A DNA stretch of 64,000 nt from Escherichia phage vB_EcoM_G9062: the sequence record NC_054920.1, one strand, 5' to 3'. This document shows positions 39,612-49,438 of this stretch, piece after piece. Made by a program: the position numbers and the translations under genes. The notes beneath the pieces are model-generated. The model did not search any database. It was not told the origin of the DNA and saw only the letters and a list, made by a program, of their open reading frames with translations. Position 1 is the first letter of the stretch. The number at the start of each line of letters is the position of its first letter.

Positions 39612-41177
39612 ATGACTATCAAAACTAAAGCTGAACTTTTGAACAAATGGAAGCCATTACTGGAAGGTGAAGGTTTACCGGAAATTGCTAATAGCAAACA
39701 AGCGATTATCGCTAAAATCTTTGAAAACCAGGAAAAAGATTTCCAGACAGCTCCGGAATATAAAGACGAAAAAATTGCTCAGGCATTCGGTTCTTTCTTA
39801 ACAGAAGCTGAAATCGGTGGTGACCACGGTTACAATGCTACCAACATCGCCGCAGGTCAGACTTCTGGCGCAGTAACTCAGATTGGCCCAGCTGTTATGG
39901 GTATGGTACGTCGTGCTATTCCTAACCTGATTGCTTTCGATATTTGTGGTGTTCAGCCAATGAACAGCCCGACTGGCCAGGTATTCGCGCTGCGCGCAGT
40001 ATATGGTAAAGATCCAATCGCTTCCGGCGCTAAAGAAGCATTCCACCCAATGTATGGTCCAGATGCAATGTTCTCTGGTCAGGGTGCTGCTAAGAAATTC
40101 GCTGCTTTGAAAGCAAGTGATACTCTTGAAGTCGGAACTATTTACACTCACTTCTTCCAGGAAACTGGTACAGTATATCTGCAAGCTACAGCAGCTAAAC
40201 AAATTGATTCAGGCGCATCTGACGCAGACAAATTAGATGCTGAAATTAAGAAACAAATGGAAGCTGGTGTACTGGTAGAAATCGCTGAAGGTATGGCTAC
40301 TTCTATCGCTGAACTTCAGGAAGGTTTCAACGGTTCTACCGATAACCCATGGAATGAAATGGGCTTCCGTATCGATAAACAAGTTATCGAAGCTAAATCT
40401 CGTCAGCTGAAAGCTGCTTACTCTATTGAATTAGCACAAGACCTTCGCGCTGTTCACGGTATGGATGCTGATGCTGAACTGTCTGGTATTCTGGCTACCG
40501 AAATTATGCTGGAAATCAACCGCGAAGTTGTTGATTGGATTAACTACTCCGCTCAGGTTGGTAAATCTGGTATGACCCTGACTCCGGGTTCTAAAGCTGG
40601 TGTATTTGACTTCCAGGACCCAATCGATATTCGTGGTGCTCGCTGGGCAGGTGAATCCTTTAAAGCTCTGTTGTTCCAGATTGACAAAGAAGCAGTTGAA
40701 ATTGCTCGTCAGACTGGTCGCGGCGAAGGTAACTTCATTATCGCTTCCCGTAACGTAGTTAACGTTCTGGCTTCAGTTGATACCGGCATTTCTTATGCTG
40801 CACAAGGTCTGGCTACTGGCTTTAACACTGATACTACCAAGTCAGTATTTGCTGGTGTTCTGGGTGGTAAATACCGTGTATATATCGACCAGTATGCTAA
40901 ACAGGATTATTTCACCGTAGGTTATAAAGGTCCGAACGAAATGGATGCTGGTATTTACTATGCTCCATATGTAGCTCTGACTCCGCTGCGTGGTTCTGAT
41001 CCGAAGAACTTCCAACCGGTAATGGGATTCAAAACTCGTTACGGTATCGGTATCAACCCATTTGCAGAATCCGCTGCTCAGGCTCCGGCTTCTCGCATCC
41101 AGAGCGGTATGCCTTCTATTCTGAATAGCCTTGGTAAAAACGCTTACTTCCGCCGTGTATATGTTAAAGGTATCTAA
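39612..41177 (+). CDS. 23: Major capsid protein gp23, 521 aa
   Basis: Length 521 aa; N-terminal propeptide region; position after gene 22. Confidence 0.97.
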   Translation: MTIKTKAELLNKWKPLLEGEGLPEIANSKQAIIAKIFENQEKDFQTAPEYKDEKIAQAFGSFLTEAEIGGDHGYNATNIAAGQTSGAVTQIGPAVMGMVRRAIPNLIAFDICGVQPMNSPTGQVFALRAVYGKDPIASGAKEAFHPMYGPDAMFSGQGAAKKFAALKASDTLEVGTIYTHFFQETGTVYLQATAAKQIDSGASDADKLDAEIKKQMEAGVLVEIAEGMATSIAELQEGFNGSTDNPWNEMGFRIDKQVIEAKSRQLKAAYSIELAQDLRAVHGMDADAELSGILATEIMLEINREVVDWINYSAQVGKSGMTLTPGSKAGVFDFQDPIDIRGARWAGESFKALLFQIDKEAVEIARQTGRGEGNFIIASRNVVNVLASVDTGISYAAQGLATGFNTDTTKSVFAGVLGGKYRVYIDQYAKQDYFTVGYKGPNEMDAGIYYAPYVALTPLRGSDPKNFQPVMGFKTRYGIGINPFAESAAQAPASRIQSGMPSILNSLGKNAYFRRVYVKGI

Positions 41178-41192
41178 TCTTTGACGATTTAA

Positions 41193-41220
41193 GGGACCTT
41201 CGGGTCCCTTTAGTTGTTTT
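41193..41220 (+). terminator. Rho-independent terminator after gene 23
   Basis: Hairpin GGGACCTTCGGGTCCC followed by a T-run. Confidence 0.7.
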
Positions 41221-41225
41221 TATGG

Positions 41226-41233
41226 TATAAATA
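41226..41233 (+). promoter_or_regulatory. T4 late promoter TATAAATA upstream of gene 24
   Basis: Exact TATAAATA about 28 bp upstream of the ATG. Confidence 0.6.
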
Positions 41234-41260
41234 AATCATATAAACTGAAAGGAAAGCGCA

Positions 41261-42544
41261 ATGGCTAAAATCAACGAACTTCTGCGCGAATCAACCACAA
41301 CGAATAGCAACTCAATCGGTCGCCCAAATCTCGTTGCTTTGACTCGCGCTACCACTAAATTAATATATTCTGACATTGTAGCAACGCAAAGAACTAATCA
41401 ACCTGTTGCTGCTTTTTATGGTATCAAATACCTTAACCCGGATAACGAATTTACATTTAAAACTGGTGCTACTTACGCCGGAGAAGCTGGATATGTAGAC
41501 CGAGAACAAATCACAGAATTAACAGAAGAGTCTAAATTAACTCTCAATAAGGGCGATTTATTCAAATATAATAATATCGTTTATAAAGTATTAGAAGATA
41601 CACCATTTGCTGATATTGAAGAAAGCGATTTAGAATTAGCTCTTCAGATTGCAATTGTTCTTTTAAAGGTTCGTCTATTTTCTGACGCAGCGTCAACAAG
41701 CAAATTTGAAAGCTCTGATAGTGAAATTGCGGATGCTAGATTCCAGATTAATAAATGGCAAACCGCAGTTAAATCTCGTAAACTTAAAACTGGTATCACA
41801 GTTGAATTAGCACAAGATTTAGAAGCAAATGGATTCGATGCTCCTAATTTCTTGGAAGATTTGCTTGCAACTGAAATGGCAGATGAAATCAATAAAGATA
41901 TTCTGCAGTCTTTGATTACAGTGTCAAAACGCTATAAAGTTACAGGAATTACTGATACTGGATTCATCGATTTGAGTTATGCATCTGCACCTGAAGCTGG
42001 TCGTTCATTATACCGAATGGTATGTGAAATGGTTTCGCATATCCAAAAAGAATCAACTTATACAGCAACGTTCTGTGTTGCTTCAGCTCGTGCTGCTGCG
42101 ATTCTTGCTGCATCAGGTTGGTTAAAACATAAACCAGAAGATGATAAATATCTTTCACAAAATGCCTATGGGTTCTTAGCTAATGGTTTACCGCTTTATT
42201 GCGATACTAACAGCCCATTAGATTATGTAATCGTTGGTGTAGTAGAAAATATCGGTGAAAAAGAAATTGTTGGATCAATTTTCTATGCTCCGTATACAGA
42301 AGGTCTTGACTTAGATGACCCTGAACATGTAGGTGCATTTAAAGTTGTAGTTGACCCAGAAAGTTTGCAGCCATCTATCGGTTTATTAGTTAGATATGCT
42401 TTATCAGCAAATCCTTACACTGTAGCAAAAGATGAAAAAGAAGCAAGAATAATTGATGGTGGAGACATGGATAAAATGGCGGGTCGTTCAGATTTGTCTG
42501 TTTTATTAGGTGTTAAGCTACCAAAAATTATCGTTGATGAATAA
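41261..42544 (+). CDS. 24: Capsid vertex protein gp24, 427 aa
   Basis: Length and order match T4. Confidence 0.95.
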   Translation: MAKINELLRESTTTNSNSIGRPNLVALTRATTKLIYSDIVATQRTNQPVAAFYGIKYLNPDNEFTFKTGATYAGEAGYVDREQITELTEESKLTLNKGDLFKYNNIVYKVLEDTPFADIEESDLELALQIAIVLLKVRLFSDAASTSKFESSDSEIADARFQINKWQTAVKSRKLKTGITVELAQDLEANGFDAPNFLEDLLATEMADEINKDILQSLITVSKRYKVTGITDTGFIDLSYASAPEAGRSLYRMVCEMVSHIQKESTYTATFCVASARAAAILAASGWLKHKPEDDKYLSQNAYGFLANGLPLYCDTNSPLDYVIVGVVENIGEKEIVGSIFYAPYTEGLDLDDPEHVGAFKVVVDPESLQPSIGLLVRYALSANPYTVAKDEKEARIIDGGDMDKMAGRSDLSVLLGVKLPKIIVDE

Positions 42545-42550
42545 AACAAA

Positions 42551-42572
42551 GGGACCTTTCGGTCCCTTTTTA
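42551..42572. terminator. Bidirectional rho-independent terminator between gene 24 (plus) and rnlB (minus)
   Basis: Hairpin GGGACCTTTCGGTCCC with a T-run on the plus strand and an A-run before it (a U-run on the minus transcript). Confidence 0.7.
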
Positions 42573-42573
42573 T

Positions 42574-43578
42574 TTAACTTACCAATTCAATCCAAGTCGG
42601 ACGAAGTACATCTTGTACCATTTTAACTAATTCCTTTTTAACCAAAGAAGGATTATCTGCTTGAGTTAGAGTAATACCTTCACGAGAAGTTTCTTCCAAA
42701 ATATCTTGAACAGTTAGTCCCATCACCTTTCCAAAATCCTTCGGACCAATTTCACCAATTTTAGAAATAACGTTATTTACTCGGTTCAGTGTAACGTAGC
42801 AAGCTAAAATTCCCACCAATTTGTTATCAGCTTCTGATAGTTCAACTTTAGCTTTAATAGGCTTATCAGACTTTTTCTTTTCACTAAATTTGGAATTCTT
42901 GCATTTGATGGCTACACGATTTCCATTATGAAGCCAAGAAGGATAACAAGGTTTCAATACATATCCTTCAGCGGTAAATACTTCGCCTTTGGCTTCAGCT
43001 TTCCAAACACATTTGTTAGCGTCAACTAATCCAGCATGGTCTACTGTAAAATTATAATCTTGGACGACAGAATCTAAATCATTTGGCAATTTAATAAGTT
43101 CTTCAAATTTACCACGACCTAAAAGTGGAGCCATTTTAAATTTAAATGTATTACAAAATGATTCCATCATATAATCATCGACATAAGTCACATCACCACT
43201 TTCTGTAGTGACAATAATGTCAAATACATAAAAATCTTTATCGCCATAATCGACATTCTTCTGAATGCCAGGTCCAGCGAATTCGCCAAAGACTTGATAA
43301 GATACAACCGCTGAGGTTTCCATAATATCTTGTACTGCTTTAATAGAATCTTCGTAATTCTTTAGAATAATTTCATACCCAAAGAAATCTTCAGCAGGAA
43401 GAATCGGTCCAGTACGTTTAGCGCAAGTTACTTTATCACGCTCAATAATCAATGAGAAATTTGTGCCGTGAATCTTTTCACGAGCTACCCACTCCCCACC
43501 AGTCAATCCCAAGCTATAAAGTTTTTCAATAAATTTAGAGTTGTAATGATTTTCAAGACTGCTATACTTTTTAAACAT
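42574..43578 (-). CDS. rnlB: RNA ligase 2, 334 aa
   Basis: Nucleotidyltransferase motif I EKIHGTN; N-terminus [25 protein letters not shown]; 334 aa as T4 Rnl2. Confidence 0.95.
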   Translation of the reverse strand: MFKKYSSLENHYNSKFIEKLYSLGLTGGEWVAREKIHGTNFSLIIERDKVTCAKRTGPILPAEDFFGYEIILKNYEDSIKAVQDIMETSAVVSYQVFGEFAGPGIQKNVDYGDKDFYVFDIIVTTESGDVTYVDDYMMESFCNTFKFKMAPLLGRGKFEELIKLPNDLDSVVQDYNFTVDHAGLVDANKCVWKAEAKGEVFTAEGYVLKPCYPSWLHNGNRVAIKCKNSKFSEKKKSDKPIKAKVELSEADNKLVGILACYVTLNRVNNVISKIGEIGPKDFGKVMGLTVQDILEETSREGITLTQADNPSLVKKELVKMVQDVLRPTWIELVS

Positions 43579-43587
43579 AATTAATCC

Positions 43588-43866
43588 TCAAAATGTAATT
43601 TCTAACCAATCACCATCACGCTGATCACTATTGACTTTAAAGCTGAATCCTTCTTTTCTCAGCCAATCACCAATTTCTTCAGTAATCAATTTATCACGAG
43701 CAATACAATAATAACTAAAATGTGTTTTACCTTGTTCAGCTGCTTTATTAGCAAGTTCCGAAAAATCTTTAATAAAACACTCTAGCTTAAACTGTTTACT
43801 TTTAAGTGCTTTTTCGCGCAATTGATTAGCAAAAGATTCATTTTCATAAAGATCATACTGTTCCAT
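43588..43866 (-). CDS. Hypothetical protein, 92 aa
   Basis: ORF in the position of the T4 24.x genes. Confidence 0.5.
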   Translation of the reverse strand: MEQYDLYENESFANQLREKALKSKQFKLECFIKDFSELANKAAEQGKTHFSYYCIARDKLITEEIGDWLRKEGFSFKVNSDQRDGDWLEITF

Positions 43867-44068
43867 TTTTCACCTTTTTATTGATATGTCTTTTTCTATA
43901 GACGACTTTTTCTCGAGTTTCAAATTTATTTTTAGCAGTCATAGCTCGAGCCCATAATACAGCCACTTCTTTTGCCTGTAAGTTTAATTCACGAGCAATT
44001 TCAATGAATGACTTTCCAGACTCATGAAGAGTAAACACCACAACCTCAGTTCTCATAATCAATCTCAT
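43853..44068 (-). CDS. Hypothetical small protein with helix-turn-helix-like segment, 71 aa
   Basis: ORF; GKSFIEIARELNLQAKEV resembles a helix-turn-helix. Confidence 0.45.
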   Translation of the reverse strand: MRLIMRTEVVVFTLHESGKSFIEIARELNLQAKEVAVLWARAMTAKNKFETREKVVYRKRHINKKVKNGTV

Positions 44069-44137
44069 GTTATCGAGTTGGTGCCATTATATACATCATT
44101 TTCTGATTGTGTTTTGTGTGCTTTCAAAATGAAGAAA

Positions 44138-44151
44138 GGGGCCGAAGCCCC
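44138..44151 (-). terminator. Terminator hairpin downstream of hoc
   Basis: GGGGCCGAAGCCCC hairpin; U-rich tract follows on the minus-strand transcript. Confidence 0.55.
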
Positions 44152-44157
44152 TTATGA

Positions 44158-45576
44158 TTATGGATAGGTATAGATGATACCAGTTTCTAAAGCAGTTTTA
44201 TGAATGATGTATCCATTACGCGATTCTTGAACATCAACTTCTGGATAGTCTTTCATCATCTTCTGAAGAGTGTAACGATGTAGGTAATATTTACTATCTG
44301 GGTCGTCAGTTTTCCAATCTTTACCTTCTTCGGTCATTTTTTGGATTTCATCCATAACCCACCAACCGCACCAGATATAAGCTGAAGTACGATGTGGAAG
44401 AGGATGAACATAAGGTAGTTCACCTTCTGGTTCTGGAGCAACTTTATCAGTTACCTGAACTTGACCTTCTGCTGTAATAGTTTTGCTATCGTAATCAGTT
44501 GCAGTAACGACAGCAGTAACTTCAATAGTTTGACTTCCAACAGATGAGGTATCGACAGTATATACGTTAGTTGACCCTTCTACAGGAGAAGAATCTTTCT
44601 TCCATGAGTAAGTAATTTGTGCTTCTTCTGGAGCACCCGTAACATTAGCCGTAAATGTAGCCGAAGCATCTTGCTGAACATTAATAGAAGGAGGAGTCAA
44701 TGTAACCTGTGGATTCATTGTCTTCTTATTAACTGTCAATGATACTTCATTAGAAGTAACTTCCTTTTCATTGTAATTTTCAGCAGTTACTTGGGCTACG
44801 CATTTAATTCTTTTTACTCCACTTGTAGTTGGAGTATAGCTAAATGTAGAGTTAGTTTCTCCACCAACTTGTGAATCATCTACATACCACTGATACGTAG
44901 CAGACGCTCCATCAGGTTGAGAAGCTAAGGCAGCAGTAAATTGAACTGGGGTTCCGATTACTCCCGCTGGAGGACTATCAGGAGTTACTGCCAAAGTAGT
45001 TGTCTGCGTCTTTTTATTAACAGTTAGTGACACTTCATTGGAAGTAACTTCCTTTGTATCATAATCTGTCGCGGTTACTTGAGCTACGCACTTAATTGTT
45101 TTAACTCCGCTTGCGTCAGGAGTGTAATTGAATGTAGTGCTAGTTGCTTCGCCCACAGGAGAACCGTCAACGTACCATTGATACGTAGCGTTTGCACCTG
45201 ATGGCTGTGAAGCTAAGGCAGCGGTAAATTCAATTGGAGTTCCAATCACTCCAGCATCAGGGCTACCAGGAGTTACTGCCAAAGTAGTTGTTTGTGTCTT
45301 ATTTTGAACTGTGATAGTTGTACTAATTTCAGCTGTTTCAGGTTCAGATTCTGCAACTTGATTGGTTGCAACTACTTTAATAGTCTTTTGACCGGCAGGT
45401 CCTTTTAGTACATAACTAAAAGTTGCTGACGTTTCTTCCTGTGGAGCGTCGTCTACAGTCCAAGCATATGTAATAGTTCCGCCTCCAGTTTCACCACTGG
45501 GTGTAGCAGTAAACTGCTTAGTTTCATCAATAACCCCTGTCGGTGTTTTAGGAGTTATATCAACTGTAAAAGTCAT
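44158..45576 (-). CDS. hoc: Highly immunogenic outer capsid protein Hoc, 472 aa, with an extra Ig-like domain
   Basis: Tandem Ig-like domains; C-terminal capsid-binding region PYVHPLPHRTSAYIWCGWWVMDEIQKM...; about 96 aa longer than the 376 aa I recall for T4 Hoc. Confidence 0.85.
   Translation of the reverse strand: MTFTVDITPKTPTGVIDETKQFTATPSGETGGGTITYAWTVDDAPQEETSATFSYVLKGPAGQKTIKVVATNQVAESEPETAEISTTITVQNKTQTTTLAVTPGSPDAGVIGTPIEFTAALASQPSGANATYQWYVDGSPVGEATSTTFNYTPDASGVKTIKCVAQVTATDYDTKEVTSNEVSLTVNKKTQTTTLAVTPDSPPAGVIGTPVQFTAALASQPDGASATYQWYVDDSQVGGETNSTFSYTPTTSGVKRIKCVAQVTAENYNEKEVTSNEVSLTVNKKTMNPQVTLTPPSINVQQDASATFTANVTGAPEEAQITYSWKKDSSPVEGSTNVYTVDTSSVGSQTIEVTAVVTATDYDSKTITAEGQVQVTDKVAPEPEGELPYVHPLPHRTSAYIWCGWWVMDEIQKMTEEGKDWKTDDPDSKYYLHRYTLQKMMKDYPEVDVQESRNGYIIHKTALETGIIYTYP
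44719..45294 (-). repeat. Tandem duplication (2 x about 288 bp, diverged) inside hoc, encoding two paralogous Ig-like domains
   Basis: Protein repeats NKKTQTTTLAVTPGSPDAGVIGTPIEFTAALASQP... and NKKTQTTTLAVTPDSPPAGVIGTPVQFTAALASQP... visible at DNA level. Confidence 0.85.
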
Positions 45577-45585
45577 AAGTTATCC

Positions 45586-46266
45586 TTATTTTAATGTTAC
45601 GAAAGAAGAGTTGCGTGTTTCACGAATTAGAACTGATCCGTCACGGTTAATGTAATAAATTAAGCTAAATAAAGTTTGGTGTGCTGACGCATGTTCAAAA
45701 CTAGTTGGGTGAGATTTCCAATCAGGAGTTTCAGCAATCCATTGATAAATCCACCAAGGAACAGTACAGAATCCTGGATTTTTTCCAATCAACTGAAGAT
45801 TCGGGCTAAAGTTTTCCGGAAGAGTAAATACAGACGGCTTTTCAGATTCAATAATCTCAGCTACAGCCTGTTCAAATTTTTCTTCAACAAATGGAGTATC
45901 TTCAATCAAAACATCGGTATTTTCAGGAATTTTATCTGTTTCTACTACTTCAATTTTAATGTCAGATTTAACCGGAGAATCAATCAAAAGTGCTGCTTCT
46001 GGATTGACTTCTTCATCGTCATATTTTAACCCCTCTGCAGCATCAGCAGCATCAATTAAGTCTTTAATAGATAACCCATCAGTCTCCGGCATAGGTTCAC
46101 TAGCGAGCTTCTGGAGAGCTTCTTCAATATCATTAACGATATTATCAAAAGATTTATTCTTTTTGACCTTTATACCAAACTGTTCAGCATATTCAGCTAA
46201 TTTAGCTTTAGCTTCTTTATTATCATCAAGAGCCTTCAGCTCTGCAATATAATCTTTATCTATCAT
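45586..46266 (-). CDS. inh: Inhibitor of prohead protease, 226 aa
   Basis: Length and position next to hoc as in T4. Confidence 0.8.
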   Translation of the reverse strand: MIDKDYIAELKALDDNKEAKAKLAEYAEQFGIKVKKNKSFDNIVNDIEEALQKLASEPMPETDGLSIKDLIDAADAAEGLKYDDEEVNPEAALLIDSPVKSDIKIEVVETDKIPENTDVLIEDTPFVEEKFEQAVAEIIESEKPSVFTLPENFSPNLQLIGKNPGFCTVPWWIYQWIAETPDWKSHPTSFEHASAHQTLFSLIYYINRDGSVLIRETRNSSFVTLK

Positions 46267-46279
46267 AATATTTCCTCAG

Positions 46280-46287
46280 TATAAATA
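46280..46287 (+). promoter_or_regulatory. TATAAATA late-type promoter element upstream of uvsW
   Basis: Exact TATAAATA about 30 bp upstream of the uvsW ATG. Confidence 0.5.
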
Positions 46288-46316
46288 TAGATATATTTAT
46301 TACATGGTATTTAGAC

Positions 46317-47828
46317 ATGACTGACATTAAAGTACATTTTTATGATTTTAGTCACGTGAGAATTGATTGCGAAGAAAGTACATTTCATGAACTCCGTGAT
46401 TTCTTTAGCTTTGAAGCTGATGGGTATCGTTTTAATCCGAAGTACAAATATGGCCACTGGGATGGACGAATTCGTCTTTTAGATTATAATCGCCTTCTTC
46501 CATTCGGTTTAGTCGGGCAAATTAAAAAGTTCTGCGATAACTTTGGCTATAAAGCCTGGATTGACCCACAGATTAACGAAAAAGAAGAATTATCAAGAAA
46601 AGATTTTGATGAATGGCTTTCTAAATTAGAAATCTATTCAGGAAATAAAAGAATTGAACCGCATTGGTATCAAAAAGATGCAGTGTTCGAAGGATTAGTT
46701 AATCGTCGTAGAATTCTTAATCTTCCAACATCCGCTGGTAAATCGTTAATTCAAGCTTTGCTTGCGCGATATTATTTGGAAAATTATGAAGGTAAAATTC
46801 TTATCATTGTTCCAACAACTGCTCTAACAACTCAGATGGCTGATGACTTCGTTGACTATCGTTTATTCAGTCATGCAATGATAAAGAAAATTGGTGGCGG
46901 AGCATCAAAAGATGATAAATATAAAAATGATGCACCAGTCGTTGTTGGTACATGGCAAACTGTAGTAAAACAACCGAAAGAATGGTTCTCACAGTTTGGA
47001 ATGATGATGAATGATGAATGCCATCTTGCTACAGGAAAAAGTATTTCATCTATCATATCAGGTTTAAATAACTGCATGTTCAAATTTGGTCTATCTGGTT
47101 CATTACGTGATGGCAAAGCCAATATCATGCAGTATGTTGGAATGTTTGGTGAAATATTTAAGCCAGTAACGACTTCTAAGTTAATGGAAGATGGACAAGT
47201 AACTGAGCTAAAAATTAATAGTATTTTTCTTCGCTATCCCGATGAGTTCACTACTAAATTAAAGGGAAAAACTTATCAAGAAGAAATAAAAATTATTACG
47301 GGGCTTAGTAAAAGAAATAAATGGATCGCTAAATTGGCTATTAAGCTTGCACAAAAAGATGAAAACGCTTTTGTCATGTTTAAACATGTATCACATGGTA
47401 AAGCTATTTTCGATTTAATTAAAAATGAATACGATAAAGTTTATTACGTATCAGGGGAAGTTGATACCGAAACCCGCAATATAATGAAAACCTTAGCTGA
47501 AAATGGTAAAGGAATAATTATAGTAGCTAGTTATGGTGTATTTTCTACTGGTATTTCAGTTAAAAATCTGCATCACGTTGTTTTAGCGCACGGTGTTAAA
47601 TCAAAAATCATTGTATTACAAACAATCGGTCGTGTATTACGTAAGCATGGTTCTAAAACAATCGCAACAGTCTGGGACCTCATAGATGACTGTGGTGTCA
47701 AGCCAAAATCTGCTAATACTAAAAAGAAATATGTTCACTTGAACTATCTTTTAAAACACGGCATTGATCGTATTCAGCGCTACGCAGATGAAAAATTTAA
47801 TTACGTAATGAAAACAGTTAATTTATAA
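46317..47828 (+). CDS. uvsW: UvsW DNA/RNA helicase (SF2), 503 aa
   Basis: Helicase motifs (Walker A-like NLPTSAGKS, DExH-like MMMNDECH); 503 aa as T4 UvsW. Confidence 0.92.
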   Translation: MTDIKVHFYDFSHVRIDCEESTFHELRDFFSFEADGYRFNPKYKYGHWDGRIRLLDYNRLLPFGLVGQIKKFCDNFGYKAWIDPQINEKEELSRKDFDEWLSKLEIYSGNKRIEPHWYQKDAVFEGLVNRRRILNLPTSAGKSLIQALLARYYLENYEGKILIIVPTTALTTQMADDFVDYRLFSHAMIKKIGGGASKDDKYKNDAPVVVGTWQTVVKQPKEWFSQFGMMMNDECHLATGKSISSIISGLNNCMFKFGLSGSLRDGKANIMQYVGMFGEIFKPVTTSKLMEDGQVTELKINSIFLRYPDEFTTKLKGKTYQEEIKIITGLSKRNKWIAKLAIKLAQKDENAFVMFKHVSHGKAIFDLIKNEYDKVYYVSGEVDTETRNIMKTLAENGKGIIIVASYGVFSTGISVKNLHHVVLAHGVKSKIIVLQTIGRVLRKHGSKTIATVWDLIDDCGVKPKSANTKKKYVHLNYLLKHGIDRIQRYADEKFNYVMKTVNL

Positions 47829-47841
47829 GGGCTTCGGCCCT

Positions 47842-48084
47842 TTGGAGAAAAAGATGTTACTAGAATTTAAACAATTTCTTTATGAAGCTTCTATTGATGA
47901 ATTTATGGGTAAAATTGCCTCTTGTCAAACATTAGAAGGTTTAGAAGAACTTGAAGCTTATTATAAGAAAAGAGTTAAAGAAACTGAATTAAAAGATACT
48001 GATGACATCTCAGTCAGAGATGCTTTGGCAGGAAAAAGAGCTGAATTAGAAGATTCAGACGATGAAGTAGAAGAAAGCTTTTAA
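47842..48084 (+). CDS. uvsW.1: UvsW.1-like small protein, 80 aa
   Basis: Small ORF directly after uvsW, separated from it by a hairpin GGGCTTCGGCCC. Confidence 0.7.
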   Translation: MEKKMLLEFKQFLYEASIDEFMGKIASCQTLEGLEELEAYYKKRVKETELKDTDDISVRDALAGKRAELEDSDDEVEESF

Positions 48085-48139
48085 ATTAAAAAAGGCCCAA
48101 CCAAAAAGGAAGGGCCAAAACTATAGACTAAAGGTCACA

Positions 48140-48307
48140 CTATAGCAAAAGTTGCGTTTCATTTAATTGTTCTTCCGAACTTTCTGAAACTGGTAGTTCT
48201 TTAATGTAATTATAGCAAGGCCCAGGATGTACAGGACCTTTGTCTGTTTCAACAACCAATGCAGAATCGATTGGAGTTTTACAGACAACACAAATCTTAT
48301 CTGACAT
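48140..48307 (-). CDS. Small CxxC zinc-ribbon-like protein, 55 aa (below the 60-aa cutoff of the ORF track)
   Basis: Manual translation from ATG (complement of 48305-48307): MSDKICVVCKTPIDSALVVETDKGPVHPGPCYNYIKELPVSESSEEQLNETQLLL; fills the gap downstream of uvsY. Confidence 0.45.
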   Translation of the reverse strand: MSDKICVVCKTPIDSALVVETDKGPVHPGPCYNYIKELPVSESSEEQLNETQLLL

Positions 48308-48335
48308 GATTGTCTCCTCTGAATTATATATCTAT

Positions 48336-48560
48336 TTATACAACTCTCATATGCATATCAATGCCCATATCTTTAGAATAAAAATATTCATCAAGATATC
48401 CGGCAAATTTTCCTTTAATATAAAGAACATCTTCACCGCACGGGTGGTCGGCCAGGATACGAATATCCTGACGCTTAAGATTATGCTTTTTCATTAAGAA
48501 TTGAATTTCCGTTTCAAATTCTTCTTCATAATTAAAAGCATCATCAATGTTATATCTCAT
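48336..48560 (-). CDS. Hypothetical protein downstream of uvsY, 74 aa
   Basis: ORF; ATGA-type overlap with the uvsY stop at 48560. Confidence 0.6.
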   Translation of the reverse strand: MRYNIDDAFNYEEEFETEIQFLMKKHNLKRQDIRILADHPCGEDVLYIKGKFAGYLDEYFYSKDMGIDMHMRVV

Positions 48561-48973
48561 TATTTTCCAGCCTCAAATGCTCGCATGTCTTGAATATGCT
48601 TAATAGCAAATCCACGTGATTTAATAGCATCAAGAGCTCCGCTACAGAAATCTAATAAAATCCCCCAATACTGTAACGAGGTATCAACCTTTAAAACATC
48701 CTTATCAGCTGATAGAACTGTCTTCATTTCTGATTTCTCGTAACGATCCATACTAAATTCATCACCATCTCCTCGTCCCGAGTAGTAGTCTAATTTAGCT
48801 TTAAGAGCAACTTTTTTCTGTGCTTCAATTCTAAGCATTTCCTTTTTAATACTTGAATGCTTATTAAGCCATTTACTATATAACATCACATTATTAGCTG
48901 CTTCATACTGTAATTTAGTCGAATCTATAAACACATCTTTCTTCAATTCTTCTTGAAGATCTTCTAATCTCAT
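48560..48973 (-). CDS. uvsY: Recombination mediator protein UvsY, 137 aa
   Basis: MRLEDLQEELKKDVFIDSTKLQYEAANNVMLYSKWL...; 137 aa as T4 UvsY. Confidence 0.95.
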   Translation of the reverse strand: MRLEDLQEELKKDVFIDSTKLQYEAANNVMLYSKWLNKHSSIKKEMLRIEAQKKVALKAKLDYYSGRGDGDEFSMDRYEKSEMKTVLSADKDVLKVDTSLQYWGILLDFCSGALDAIKSRGFAIKHIQDMRAFEAGK

Positions 48974-49013
48974 ATTGTTCTCTATTCAATTGTTATTGGA
49001 TGGACTTAGATTC

Positions 49014-49039
49014 ATTATACCACGTTTATACGTGAAGCA
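49014..49039 (-). promoter_or_regulatory. Middle-mode promoter for uvsY (MotA box plus -10)
   Basis: On the minus strand: ATGCTTCA (MotA-box-like TGCTTCA), 13-nt spacer, TATAAT; uvsY has a classic MotA-dependent promoter in T4. Confidence 0.55.
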
Positions 49040-49438
49040 TTATACTCTATTACTGGAAGCCAGTTGTAGTTTTATCTGCTCAATATCATCAGGGTTATCG
49101 ATGACTGAAAAGCGTATTTCTACTATCAAAGTATAATCATCATAAACCGGTATTACATTAACTGCTAATTTATCAATACGTGGCTCATAGTTTCTTACTG
49201 CGCTTTCGATATTGCGCTCAACTGTGTCAGCAGTAAGAGGAGTCATATTTTCAAAAAGCTGGTCTGATAAATCACATCCAAATTCAGGGTCAAACGGTCT
49301 TGAACCTTTTCTTGTTGTAATAATTCCTAAAAGACTGTTTTTAATTGACCTTAATCCAAGCGATCTGGAAACATCTTTGTTCCAATCCATTTTCATTTCT
49401 GGGTCAATGTCAGAATAAAGCTTATTAATATTTGCCAT
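49040..49438 (-). CDS. 25: Baseplate wedge protein gp25, 132 aa
   Basis: Length and order match T4. Confidence 0.9.
   Translation of the reverse strand: MANINKLYSDIDPEMKMDWNKDVSRSLGLRSIKNSLLGIITTRKGSRPFDPEFGCDLSDQLFENMTPLTADTVERNIESAVRNYEPRIDKLAVNVIPVYDDYTLIVEIRFSVIDNPDDIEQIKLQLASSNRV

Noticed and set aside
47828-48084. uvsW and uvsW.1 as a frameshift-split single gene
   Set aside because: The two ORFs are separated by a stop codon and a hairpin, and separate UvsW (503 aa) and UvsW.1 proteins have been described for T4; this is treated as the native arrangement.
48240-48497. Plus-strand ORF 48240-48497 (85 aa)
   Set aside because: It is antisense to the uvsY-downstream genes, has a low-complexity translation and lacks a ribosome-binding site.
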